Shown here piece after piece: positions 56,417-64,000 of a stretch of 64,000 nucleotides of DNA. The position numbers and the translations under genes were made by a program. Every line of letters begins with the position of its first letter. Within the stretch, counting starts at the first letter, position 1. Source of the stretch: Alphaproteobacteria bacterium (lineage in GTDB: Bacteria > Pseudomonadota > Alphaproteobacteria > Caulobacterales > Hyphomonadaceae); the NCBI GenBank assembly GCA_018827375.1, contig JAHJYW010000015.1, positions 14,047 through 78,046 of the forward strand, in the 5' to 3' direction. A model generated the notes under the pieces. That model had not been told where the DNA came from, made no database searches, and saw only the letters and a list, made by a program, of their open reading frames with translations.

Positions 56417-57816
56417 TTCAGGTCTCCTTCACCGGGTTGGCCAAGTTCGAAATCCGACACCGGGCGACGGGTCGCGTCGCTGCGGTCATACATCAGGGCG
56501 CCGTCAATATAGACTTGGTCGGCCTTGCTGTAGACGCTGAACGGATTGCCGGACCAGATCACCACATCGGCCATCTTGCCGGGCACAAGGCTGCCGGTTT
56601 TGGTGTCGATGCCAAGCGATTTGGCGGGGTTCAGCGACAGCCATTGCCAGGCTTCCTCTTCAGAAATGTTGATGCCGACCTTCTTGCCATCGGCCCAGGC
56701 CTTGGCCGCTTCCTGGTTCAGGCGCTGGATGCCGACTTCGCTGTCAGAGTGTACGATCGCACAGGCGCCCGCCTTGTGCACGAGGGGAATGTTTTCCTTG
56801 ATGCCGTCATAGGCTTCCATCTTGAAGCCCCACCAGTCGGCCCACATGGACGAACATGCGCCATACTCAGCCAGCTTGTCGGCAATTTTGTAGGATTCGA
56901 CAGCATGGTGGAAGGCCGTGACCTTGTAGCCAAATTCCTTCGAAATATCCATGACCTGCGCCATCTCATCGGCGCGGTAGCAGTGCATGTGAACGAGGAT
57001 GTCGCCATCAAGCACGCCCTTCAGCGTATCGAGCTCAAGGTCGCGCGTCGGGGCGTCGCCGCCCTCTTTCTCGTACTTGTCCCATTTGCGCTTGTAGTCG
57101 GTCGCCTGGATCCAGGCCGCGCGGTAGCCGGCAACATTGCCCATGCGCGAATAGGGCGCGCCGCCCGGGAACCGCCCGCCGCCATAGCCATAAACGCGCT
57201 TGGGATTCTCGCCGCACGCCATTTTCAGCGTGTAGGGCGCACCCGGAAACTTCATGCCCTGCACCGTGCGGCTCGGCACGTTTTTCAGCACCACGCCGCG
57301 TCCGCCAAACAGGTTCGCGCTGCCCGGAAGGATCTGCAAGGAGGTGATGCCGCCCGCCAGCGCCCGCGTGAAACCCGGGTCCTGCGGCCAGACGCTATGC
57401 TCCACCCAGACTTCCGCCGTCACCGGCGCAGAAATCTCGTTGCCATCGCTGAGCGAGCTGACACCCGGCGAAGGATAGGCCCCCAGATGGCTGTGATTGT
57501 CGATGATGCCCGGCGTGACCCAGCGCCCGGATGCGTCGATCTTCTTTGCATCGGCTGGCGCTTCAATGTCCTTGCCAATCGCCGACACCTTGCCGTCCAC
57601 AAGGAGCAGGCTGCCGTTTTCGATCTTCGCGCCCGTACCATCGATGATGGTAGCATTCGAGATGAAGACAGCTACGTTCGGATAAGCGGTATAAGTCGAC
57701 GGAAACGGATCCTTCGGAACCGTGATCGCTTCATCGCCGGATGCGTCATTTTTCCCGCCGCACGCGGCCAGTAAAAGGGCCATGCAAAGCACGCCCGTCA
57801 GGGAAACTCGGTTCAT
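56413..57816 (-). CDS. Amidohydrolase-family lipoprotein
   Basis: Lipobox LAACG, TPGIIDNHSH, KMACGENPKRVYG, HMHCYR, HHAVE, HSD. Confidence 0.9.
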   Translation of the reverse strand: MNRVSLTGVLCMALLLAACGGKNDASGDEAITVPKDPFPSTYTAYPNVAVFISNATIIDGTGAKIENGSLLLVDGKVSAIGKDIEAPADAKKIDASGRWVTPGIIDNHSHLGAYPSPGVSSLSDGNEISAPVTAEVWVEHSVWPQDPGFTRALAGGITSLQILPGSANLFGGRGVVLKNVPSRTVQGMKFPGAPYTLKMACGENPKRVYGYGGGRFPGGAPYSRMGNVAGYRAAWIQATDYKRKWDKYEKEGGDAPTRDLELDTLKGVLDGDILVHMHCYRADEMAQVMDISKEFGYKVTAFHHAVESYKIADKLAEYGACSSMWADWWGFKMEAYDGIKENIPLVHKAGACAIVHSDSEVGIQRLNQEAAKAWADGKKVGINISEEEAWQWLSLNPAKSLGIDTKTGSLVPGKMADVVIWSGNPFSVYSKADQVYIDGALMYDRSDATRRPVSDFELGQPGEGDLK

Positions 57817-57886
57817 TTGCTTCAGCCCCGCTTGCCGCAATCAATACTGGAACAATTGTCCCCAGTTTTGCGCGAGGGGCAAGGGC

Positions 57887-58249
57887 CTATGCCTTGCGAG
57901 AGGCCTTAGGTGGCGAAACTTTCTTCTCGCGCCCAAAAACCAGCTTCATCAGCCAGTTCGGCGCAAAGCGCTCGACCTGTGGATGACGCAGCAACACGCT
58001 TTCCATCCAGCGATGGCCCCAGACCGAGTTGCGGCCAAGCAGGATGACCCCGAGGATGCCGAACGGCAGACCAATCGGTAGAAGCGGCGTCATGATGCCG
58101 ATCGGAATCGACAGGGCAATCATGAACAGGCCGATCAGCGCCAGCAGCTGGCGAAATGCGGTGTTGAAACCAGAACGCAAGGCAAGTCCCGGCTTGGCGG
58201 CCGGAAGGGAGGATGTTTCGGTCATGTCGGTCGTTTCGTCGTCAGCCAT
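57887..58249 (-). CDS. Small membrane protein (PGPGW-like)
   Basis: Two-TM hairpin IGIMTPLLPIGLPFGILG. Confidence 0.65.
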   Translation of the reverse strand: MADDETTDMTETSSLPAAKPGLALRSGFNTAFRQLLALIGLFMIALSIPIGIMTPLLPIGLPFGILGVILLGRNSVWGHRWMESVLLRHPQVERFAPNWLMKLVFGREKKVSPPKASRKA

Positions 58250-58389
58250 TCGAGGATGATATGGGGTTTAATTTCGGTCCAGCCAACGAAATCATCAGGA
58301 TGTGTTCAAACTCTGGCAACAGAGTCACCCGATTGCTACAAAGCTGATATTTCTTGCTGTCATCTGCGGCAACCGGGCATGAGGACGGC

Positions 58390-59763
58390 ATGAAACTACA
58401 GTCCATCCAAATCCTGCGTGGCATCGCCGCGCTGCTGGTTGTTTTCTACCATATCCGCGCTCAGGAAATGCGTAGTATCCTGGACAATAATGGGTCGGAG
58501 ATGCCGTGGCTCTCGGGCATCGTGACGAATGGCTATGCGGGCGTCGACCTCTTTTTCGTCATTTCTGGCTTCATCATGGTTGTCGTCACCAGTGGCGACA
58601 AGCCGGGTTTGCGCACAGCGGCAGACTTCCTGTTTGCACGGCTGACGCGGGTCTATCCGATCTGGTGGTTCTTCGCAGGGATCATGGCGATCTATCTGGT
58701 GGGCTTTCACGGGCTCAGCGGCATGGGTCAGGGATGGCAGTCCTTTGCGCGCTCCGAGCCGGTCGTGCCCTACATCATCAAATCCTTCCTGCTGTTGCCG
58801 CAAGCCGAAGACCCGATTTTGGGTGTCGGCTGGACGCTTGTGCATGAGGTCTATTTCTACCTTGTCTTCACTCTGATCCTGCTCCTGCGGCGAAGCTGGC
58901 TGCCCTACTGCCTGCTGGCCTGGGGCCTGCTTGTGATTGGAGGCTGGTCGATGGGCCTGTCAGGACATCGCCCGGAAGACCTGCCAGCCCTTGTGTTTTT
59001 CCCGATGACAATGGAATTCATTTTTGGTGCCGCGACTGGATTGCTCGTCGCTTCAGGCCTTGCATGGCGGGCGGGTGCCATCACGCTCCTGGCCGTTCTG
59101 GCCCTTGCTGCATCTCTCTGCTTTCAGGGCATCGAAACCACGCACACGCTGCAATGGGGCCGGGTAATGCTGTATGGCTTCCCGAGTGCAGCGCTGATCT
59201 ATGGCGTGGTTACACTGGAGCGTACGGACCGACTGGCCTGGCTTGTACCGGCAGCGGTCACCTTTCTCGTCACCATCCTTGTCTTCCAGCTTTACGGCAC
59301 GGTCGACGAGAGTCCGTTTCAGCTACGGCTCGGCGGGACGATCGTGGCCATCACGGTCGGCATTCTCGCCATGCTGGCAACCCTCTGGGGCGGCTGGGTC
59401 GGTGGGCAGGCCCATCCGGATGTCATTCGCGCCATCACGCCATGGCTGCAGCGCGTGTTGCACGCGTTCGTTCGCCTCGGCGATGCATCCTATTCGCTGT
59501 ACCTGTCCCACACGATCTTCATCGTCGCCATCAGGCTCATCTTCAGCGTGCTGGGTGAAATCAAGCCGCTCGCCCCGCTGTTCCAGCTGGGCCATCCGGG
59601 GCTTCTCGACAATTTCACCTTCCTCGCTGTCTGCCTCACCGTGTCGATCACCGGCGCGCTGGTGAGTTACCGCTTCGTCGAACGGCCGATGACCCGACAT
59701 TTAAGGGGCGTCCGGTCCCGGCTGTTTGATCAGCCGGAACCGGTTGGCAAAACGGCGCCCTGA
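58390..59763 (+). CDS. Acyltransferase-3-family membrane acyltransferase
   Basis: IQILRGIAALLVV.YH, GVDLFFVISGFIM, R..RVYP, GWTL..EVYFY, LGDASYSLYLSH. Confidence 0.92.
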   Translation: MKLQSIQILRGIAALLVVFYHIRAQEMRSILDNNGSEMPWLSGIVTNGYAGVDLFFVISGFIMVVVTSGDKPGLRTAADFLFARLTRVYPIWWFFAGIMAIYLVGFHGLSGMGQGWQSFARSEPVVPYIIKSFLLLPQAEDPILGVGWTLVHEVYFYLVFTLILLLRRSWLPYCLLAWGLLVIGGWSMGLSGHRPEDLPALVFFPMTMEFIFGAATGLLVASGLAWRAGAITLLAVLALAASLCFQGIETTHTLQWGRVMLYGFPSAALIYGVVTLERTDRLAWLVPAAVTFLVTILVFQLYGTVDESPFQLRLGGTIVAITVGILAMLATLWGGWVGGQAHPDVIRAITPWLQRVLHAFVRLGDASYSLYLSHTIFIVAIRLIFSVLGEIKPLAPLFQLGHPGLLDNFTFLAVCLTVSITGALVSYRFVERPMTRHLRGVRSRLFDQPEPVGKTAP

Positions 59764-59766
59764 GGG

Positions 59767-61338
59767 CTACTCCGCAGCGACTGTATCGGAGGCAGGCGCC
59801 GTCCATTTCAGCACTGGCTTGCGTGCTGCCCGCGTCTCGTCGAGGCGACGGGCCGGGGCAAGGTATGGCGCGCCCTTGAGCGTCTCGTCACCCTGCGCCG
59901 CGCGCCGGGCAATCGATTCCAGCGAGGCGCAGAACTGGTCGAGCGTCGCCTTGCTCTCGGTCTCGGTCGGTTCGATCAGCATCGCGCCATGCACCACCAG
60001 CGGGAAGTACATGGTCATCGGGTGATAGCCCTCGTCGATCAGCGCCTTGGCGATATCGAGTGTCTCGATCCCGTCCGCCGTGAACGCATCCGAGAACAGG
60101 GCCTCATGCATGCAATAGCCTTCGAAGGCTGGCGTCATCACATGCTTCAGCTTCGCCGCGATATAGTTCGCGTTCAGCACGGCATCCTCGGCAACCTGCT
60201 TCAGGCCATCGGCGCCATGGCTCAGGATATAGGCCAGCGCCCTTACGAACATGCCCATTTGGCCATGAAAGGCGACCATCCGGCCAAAGCTCTCGCTCGC
60301 TTCGCCGTCCATGTCCTCGACCAGCGAATACACGCCGTCTTCGTTCTTCACCACGAACGGTACGGGGGCATAGGGCGCTAGCGCTTCCGACAGCACAGTC
60401 GGGCCAGAACCCGGTCCGCCGCCGCCATGCGGTGTCGAGAACGTCTTGTGCAGGTTGATGTGCATCGCATCGACGCCCAGGTCGCCCGGCCGCACACGGC
60501 CCACGATGGCGTTGAAGTTCGCGCCGTCGCAATAGAAGTAGCCGCCCGCATCATGGATGAGATCGGCGATCTCCTTGATGTCGGTTTCGAACAGGCCGCA
60601 CGTATTCGGATTGGTCAGCATGATGCCGGCAATATCGTCAGACTTTTCAAGCTTGGCCTTCAGGTCATCCATGTCGACACGCCCGCGCGCATCGGCCCGG
60701 ATCTCGTCTACAATGAAACCGCACTGCACAGCCGTCGCCGGGTTCGTGCCATGCGCCGAGGCAGGCACCAGAACGCGCTTGCGTGTCTCGCCCTCGCCGC
60801 GTGCGATCAGCGCCTGACGGATCGCCAGCATGCCCGCCAGCTCGCCATGCGCACCCGCCTTGGGGCTCATCGCTACGAAAGGCATGTTGGTCAGTGTCTT
60901 CAGCCAGGTCGCCAACTCGTCGATCAGTTCCAGCGCACCCTGCACGGTGGCCTGCGGCTGCATCGGGTGAATGTCACCAAAGCCCGGGAGGCGCGCCATC
61001 TTTTCGTTGAGGCGCGGATTGTGCTTCATCGTGCAGCTGCCCAGCGGGAAGAAGCCGAGGTCGATGGCATAGTTGCGCTGAGACAGGCGCATGTAATGGC
61101 GCACCATTTCCGGCTCCGACAGGCCCGGCAGGCCCGTAGCAACCTTGCGCGCGACGCCGCCAAGGCGCCCCGTCCGGTTCTGCGGCGCAGGCAGGTCAAC
61201 GCCCGTCGTTTCACTGGTCCCGATCTCGAAGATCAGGCCCTCCGCCTGCAACAGGCCCCGCGAACCGGAGACAGTCTCGATGTCGGATACAGACGTCGAT
61301 GTCGGCGCCGTGGGGCGGCCTTGCGTGTTCATGCTCAT
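59767..61338 (-). CDS. gcvPB: Glycine dehydrogenase (decarboxylating) subunit 2
   Basis: PLGSCTMKHNP, SAHGTNPA, DGAN, NLHKTFSTPHGGGGPG. Confidence 0.97.
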   Translation of the reverse strand: MSMNTQGRPTAPTSTSVSDIETVSGSRGLLQAEGLIFEIGTSETTGVDLPAPQNRTGRLGGVARKVATGLPGLSEPEMVRHYMRLSQRNYAIDLGFFPLGSCTMKHNPRLNEKMARLPGFGDIHPMQPQATVQGALELIDELATWLKTLTNMPFVAMSPKAGAHGELAGMLAIRQALIARGEGETRKRVLVPASAHGTNPATAVQCGFIVDEIRADARGRVDMDDLKAKLEKSDDIAGIMLTNPNTCGLFETDIKEIADLIHDAGGYFYCDGANFNAIVGRVRPGDLGVDAMHINLHKTFSTPHGGGGPGSGPTVLSEALAPYAPVPFVVKNEDGVYSLVEDMDGEASESFGRMVAFHGQMGMFVRALAYILSHGADGLKQVAEDAVLNANYIAAKLKHVMTPAFEGYCMHEALFSDAFTADGIETLDIAKALIDEGYHPMTMYFPLVVHGAMLIEPTETESKATLDQFCASLESIARRAAQGDETLKGAPYLAPARRLDETRAARKPVLKWTAPASDTVAAE

Positions 61339-62681
61339 CAGACAATCTCCTTCAGTGCAGCCGCATAGGCTTCAATATCTTCCGGTGTCGTGCACTCGGT
61401 TGCCGCGCAGATGATTACGTCGCCCATGGACTCGGCCGGGAACAGGCGGCTCGCCCGCACGCCGCCGACAACGCCGGCTTCGTCCAGCATGGCCAGAACG
61501 GCTTCGGCATTCATCGGTGTCCGGAACGCAAACTCGTTGAAGAAGCGCGGCGTCAGGATTTCCACGCCCGGCACAGCTTCCAGCGCATCGGCCAGGTCAC
61601 ACGCCGCTTCATGGTTCAGCAGCGCAAGGCCTTTCAGGCCCTTGTCGCCGAGCAGCGTCATGTGCGCAGTGAAGGCCAGCGCGCAGAGCCCTGAATTGGT
61701 ACAGATATTCGACGTCGCCTTGTCGCGGCGGATATGCTGCTCACGCGTCGACAGCGTCAGCACGAAGCCGCGCTTGCCATCGGCATCGACCGTCTCACCG
61801 CAGAGGCGGCCCGGCATCTGGCGCACCAGTTTCTCCGTACACGCAAAGAGGCCCACATAAGGCCCGCCAAAGCCGAGGGGCACGCCGATCGACTGGCCTT
61901 CGCCCACGGCAATATCCGCGCCCATTTCGCCGGGAGGTGTCACGAGGCCCAGCGCCACAGCTTCGGTGAAGACCGACACAAACAGCGCCTTCTTCTCGTG
62001 GGCAGCGTCGGCCACGCCCGAGAGGTCCGTCACCGTCCCGAAAATGTTCGGGCTCTGGCCGATTACGCAGGCGGTCTGGTCGTCCACAGCGTCGGCCAGT
62101 GCCATCTCGCCATCGACGGCGACTGCCAAATGCACCACTTCCAGCCCCTGCGCTTCGCACAGCAGCTTGGTTGCCGCGGCATAATGCGGGTGCAGGCCGC
62201 CGGACAGGATCACTTTTTTCCGGCGCGTCACGCGGCAGGCCATGACGGCTGCCTCGGCGCAAGCCGTCGAGCCGTCATACATGGACGCATTCGCCACATC
62301 CATCGCCGTCAGCGCCGCGACCTGCGTCTGGAATTCGAACAGGGTCTGCAGCGTGCCCTGCGCGATTTCGGGCTGGTAGGGCGTATAGGTCGTCAGGAAT
62401 TCAGAGCGCTGGATCACCATGTCCACGGAGGCCGGAATGTGGTGCTTGTAGGCACCTGCCCCAACAAAGAACGGACCCGACGAGGCCGAGCGGTTCTTGG
62501 CCGCGAGTTTCGAGAGGTGGCGCTCGACAGCCATCTCCCCCTGATGGTCCGGCAAACCTGCAACCTTGCCGCCGAGGCGTGCAGATTCCGGGACATCCGT
62601 ATAGAAATCATCGACGCCTTTTGCACCGATCACTTTCAACATCGCCTTGCGGTCGTCATCAGTCAGGGGAAGATAGCGCAT
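61338..62681 (-). CDS. gcvPA: Glycine dehydrogenase (decarboxylating) subunit 1
   Basis: [40 protein letters not shown]. Confidence 0.97.
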   Translation of the reverse strand: MRYLPLTDDDRKAMLKVIGAKGVDDFYTDVPESARLGGKVAGLPDHQGEMAVERHLSKLAAKNRSASSGPFFVGAGAYKHHIPASVDMVIQRSEFLTTYTPYQPEIAQGTLQTLFEFQTQVAALTAMDVANASMYDGSTACAEAAVMACRVTRRKKVILSGGLHPHYAAATKLLCEAQGLEVVHLAVAVDGEMALADAVDDQTACVIGQSPNIFGTVTDLSGVADAAHEKKALFVSVFTEAVALGLVTPPGEMGADIAVGEGQSIGVPLGFGGPYVGLFACTEKLVRQMPGRLCGETVDADGKRGFVLTLSTREQHIRRDKATSNICTNSGLCALAFTAHMTLLGDKGLKGLALLNHEAACDLADALEAVPGVEILTPRFFNEFAFRTPMNAEAVLAMLDEAGVVGGVRASRLFPAESMGDVIICAATECTTPEDIEAYAAALKEIV

Positions 62682-62684
62682 GGA

Positions 62685-63077
62685 TTACAGGCCTTTGCAG
62701 AATTCGAGATAGGCGTCCTTGTCCATGAGGCCGGACAGTTCTTCGCCATGCGACAGGCGGATCACGCAGAACCAGCCGTCGGCCTCTGGGTGCTCGTTCA
62801 CCGTCTCTGGCTTGTCAGCCAGCGCGGCATTGGCATCGACCACTTCGCCGCTGACGGGGGCGTAGACGTCAGACGCCGCCTTGACGCTCTCGACGACGGC
62901 CATGTCGTCGCCCTTCTTGAACACCTTGCCGACTTCCGGCGTCTCGACGAACACGACGTCGCCCAGCTGCTCGGCGGCAAATTTGGTGATGCCTACAGTG
63001 CCGAGTTCGCCGTGCACGGTCACCCATTCATGGTCTTCGGTATAGAACGTCACCTGTTCAGTCAGTTTCGTGCTCAT
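62685..63077 (-). CDS. gcvH: Glycine cleavage system H protein
   Basis: [22 protein letters not shown], lipoyl motif VESVKAASD. Confidence 0.97.
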   Translation of the reverse strand: MSTKLTEQVTFYTEDHEWVTVHGELGTVGITKFAAEQLGDVVFVETPEVGKVFKKGDDMAVVESVKAASDVYAPVSGEVVDANAALADKPETVNEHPEADGWFCVIRLSHGEELSGLMDKDAYLEFCKGL

Positions 63078-63087
63078 AATCTCTGCC

Positions 63088-64000
63088 CTATCGCTTGTAG
63101 TTATGTGGAACAAACGGCAGCGCGACCACTTCGCCCGGCCGTGCCTTGCCTCTGACCATCAGGTCGATTTTCGTGCCCGGCGCCGCATGGGCCGCCGCAA
63201 CGTATCCCATGGCCACCGGATGATCGACCGAAGGGCCGAAACCGCCGGACGTCACAACGCCAACCACTTTGCCGTCTATCTCGATCGCTGTGCCTTCGCG
63301 GGCCGGCGCGCGCTCCAGCGGGCGGATGCCCACGCGCTTCTCGGCCACACCATCCTGGATACCGGCAAGGATCCGCGCCGCGCCGGGGAAGTTGCCCGCT
63401 TCGCGCCGCTTGCGCTGGATCACCCAGCCAAGGTCTGCCTCGATCGGATCGCGCGACCCATCCATGTCATGTCCGTAGAGGCACAGCCCGGCCTCAAGCC
63501 GCAGCGAATCCCGTGCACCTAGACCGATCATCTCGACCCGGTCATCCGTCAGCATCTCGTCGATCAGCGGCAGACCCGCCGCGGGGCTGACCAATACCTC
63601 GAAACCGTCTTCGCCCGTATAGCCGCACCGCGACACGATACAGCCTGTCCCGTTCAGCTCGAACGGCATGTGATGCATGAATTTCAGCTCTTCGCAGCCG
63701 GGGAAGAAATCACTCATCACGTCGACAGCTTCCGGACCCTGCAACGCAAAAAGGATGCGGTCATCGGCGCGCGTCAGCACAGCCTTGCCTTCAAGTGCCT
63801 TTTCAAAGATTGCCCAGTCCTGATCCTTCACCGCGCCATTGACGACGATATAGAGGCTGCCCTGCGCCTCATCGCCCAGCGGCCGCGTGATGATCAGGTC
63901 GTCGAGGATGCCGCCTTCATCGTTCAGGAGAACAGTCAGGCGCGCCTGGCCTTGCTTCAAGCCTGCAATGTCGCTCGGGACCAGCGTCTCGATCAGCGCG
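63088..64000 (-). CDS. gcvT: Glycine cleavage system T protein (5' end outside window)
   Basis: [46 protein letters not shown]; frame open to the window edge. Confidence 0.95.
   Translation of the reverse strand, partial: ALIETLVPSDIAGLKQGQARLTVLLNDEGGILDDLIITRPLGDEAQGSLYIVVNGAVKDQDWAIFEKALEGKAVLTRADDRILFALQGPEAVDVMSDFFPGCEELKFMHHMPFELNGTGCIVSRCGYTGEDGFEVLVSPAAGLPLIDEMLTDDRVEMIGLGARDSLRLEAGLCLYGHDMDGSRDPIEADLGWVIQRKRREAGNFPGAARILAGIQDGVAEKRVGIRPLERAPAREGTAIEIDGKVVGVVTSGGFGPSVDHPVAMGYVAAAHAAPGTKIDLMVRGKARPGEVVALPFVPHNYKR

Noticed and set aside
1-64000. CRISPR array, rRNA, complete tRNA, transposase or integrase
   Set aside because: No regularly spaced repeat-spacer units, no rRNA-like stretch, no full cloverleaf and no recombinase or transposase motifs in the ORFs.
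59767-64000. Glycine riboswitch for the gcv operon
   Set aside because: The leader would lie beyond position 64000; not visible here.

Overview
64 kb from a GC-rich alphaproteobacterium; the gene set and style suggest Hyphomonas/Hyphomonadaceae (inference). Bases 1 to about 21,390 are the right-hand part of an apparently intact integrative conjugative element (ICE) of the Tn4371/ICEMlSym type. It carries a FecI/FecR-like ECF sigma/anti-sigma pair, four XRE-family HTH genes each with a palindromic or tandem operator-like site, and a natively in-frame DUF6499-DUF2285 (FseA-like) activator. These are followed by RdfS-like excisionase, DUF2840, TraF, MOBP relaxase, TraG, a CopG-like gene and trbBCDEJLFGI. 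The element ends at a degenerate tRNA 3' half (21347-21390) that looks like an att site; no integrase is in the window. Next comes a ~2.9-kb AT-richer islet with a full Fic gene, a helically phased GTCGAAA repeat array and a remnant of a second Fic gene. From about 24.3 kb to the end is core-like chromosome: fatty-acid catabolism genes, haloalkane dehalogenase, pckA, thiolase, Pho-box porin, TonB receptor, trkH, a DUF3604-PPIase-HupE operon, an amidohydrolase pair and gcvT(partial)-H-PA-PB. No CRISPR array, rRNA or complete tRNA was found. The best candidate for an undescribed system is the ICE regulatory region: an XRE/operator array with a 50-bp repeat, plus a frameshift-free FseA and no visible QseM or quorum-sensing genes. 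All family assignments come from motif recognition, not database searches.
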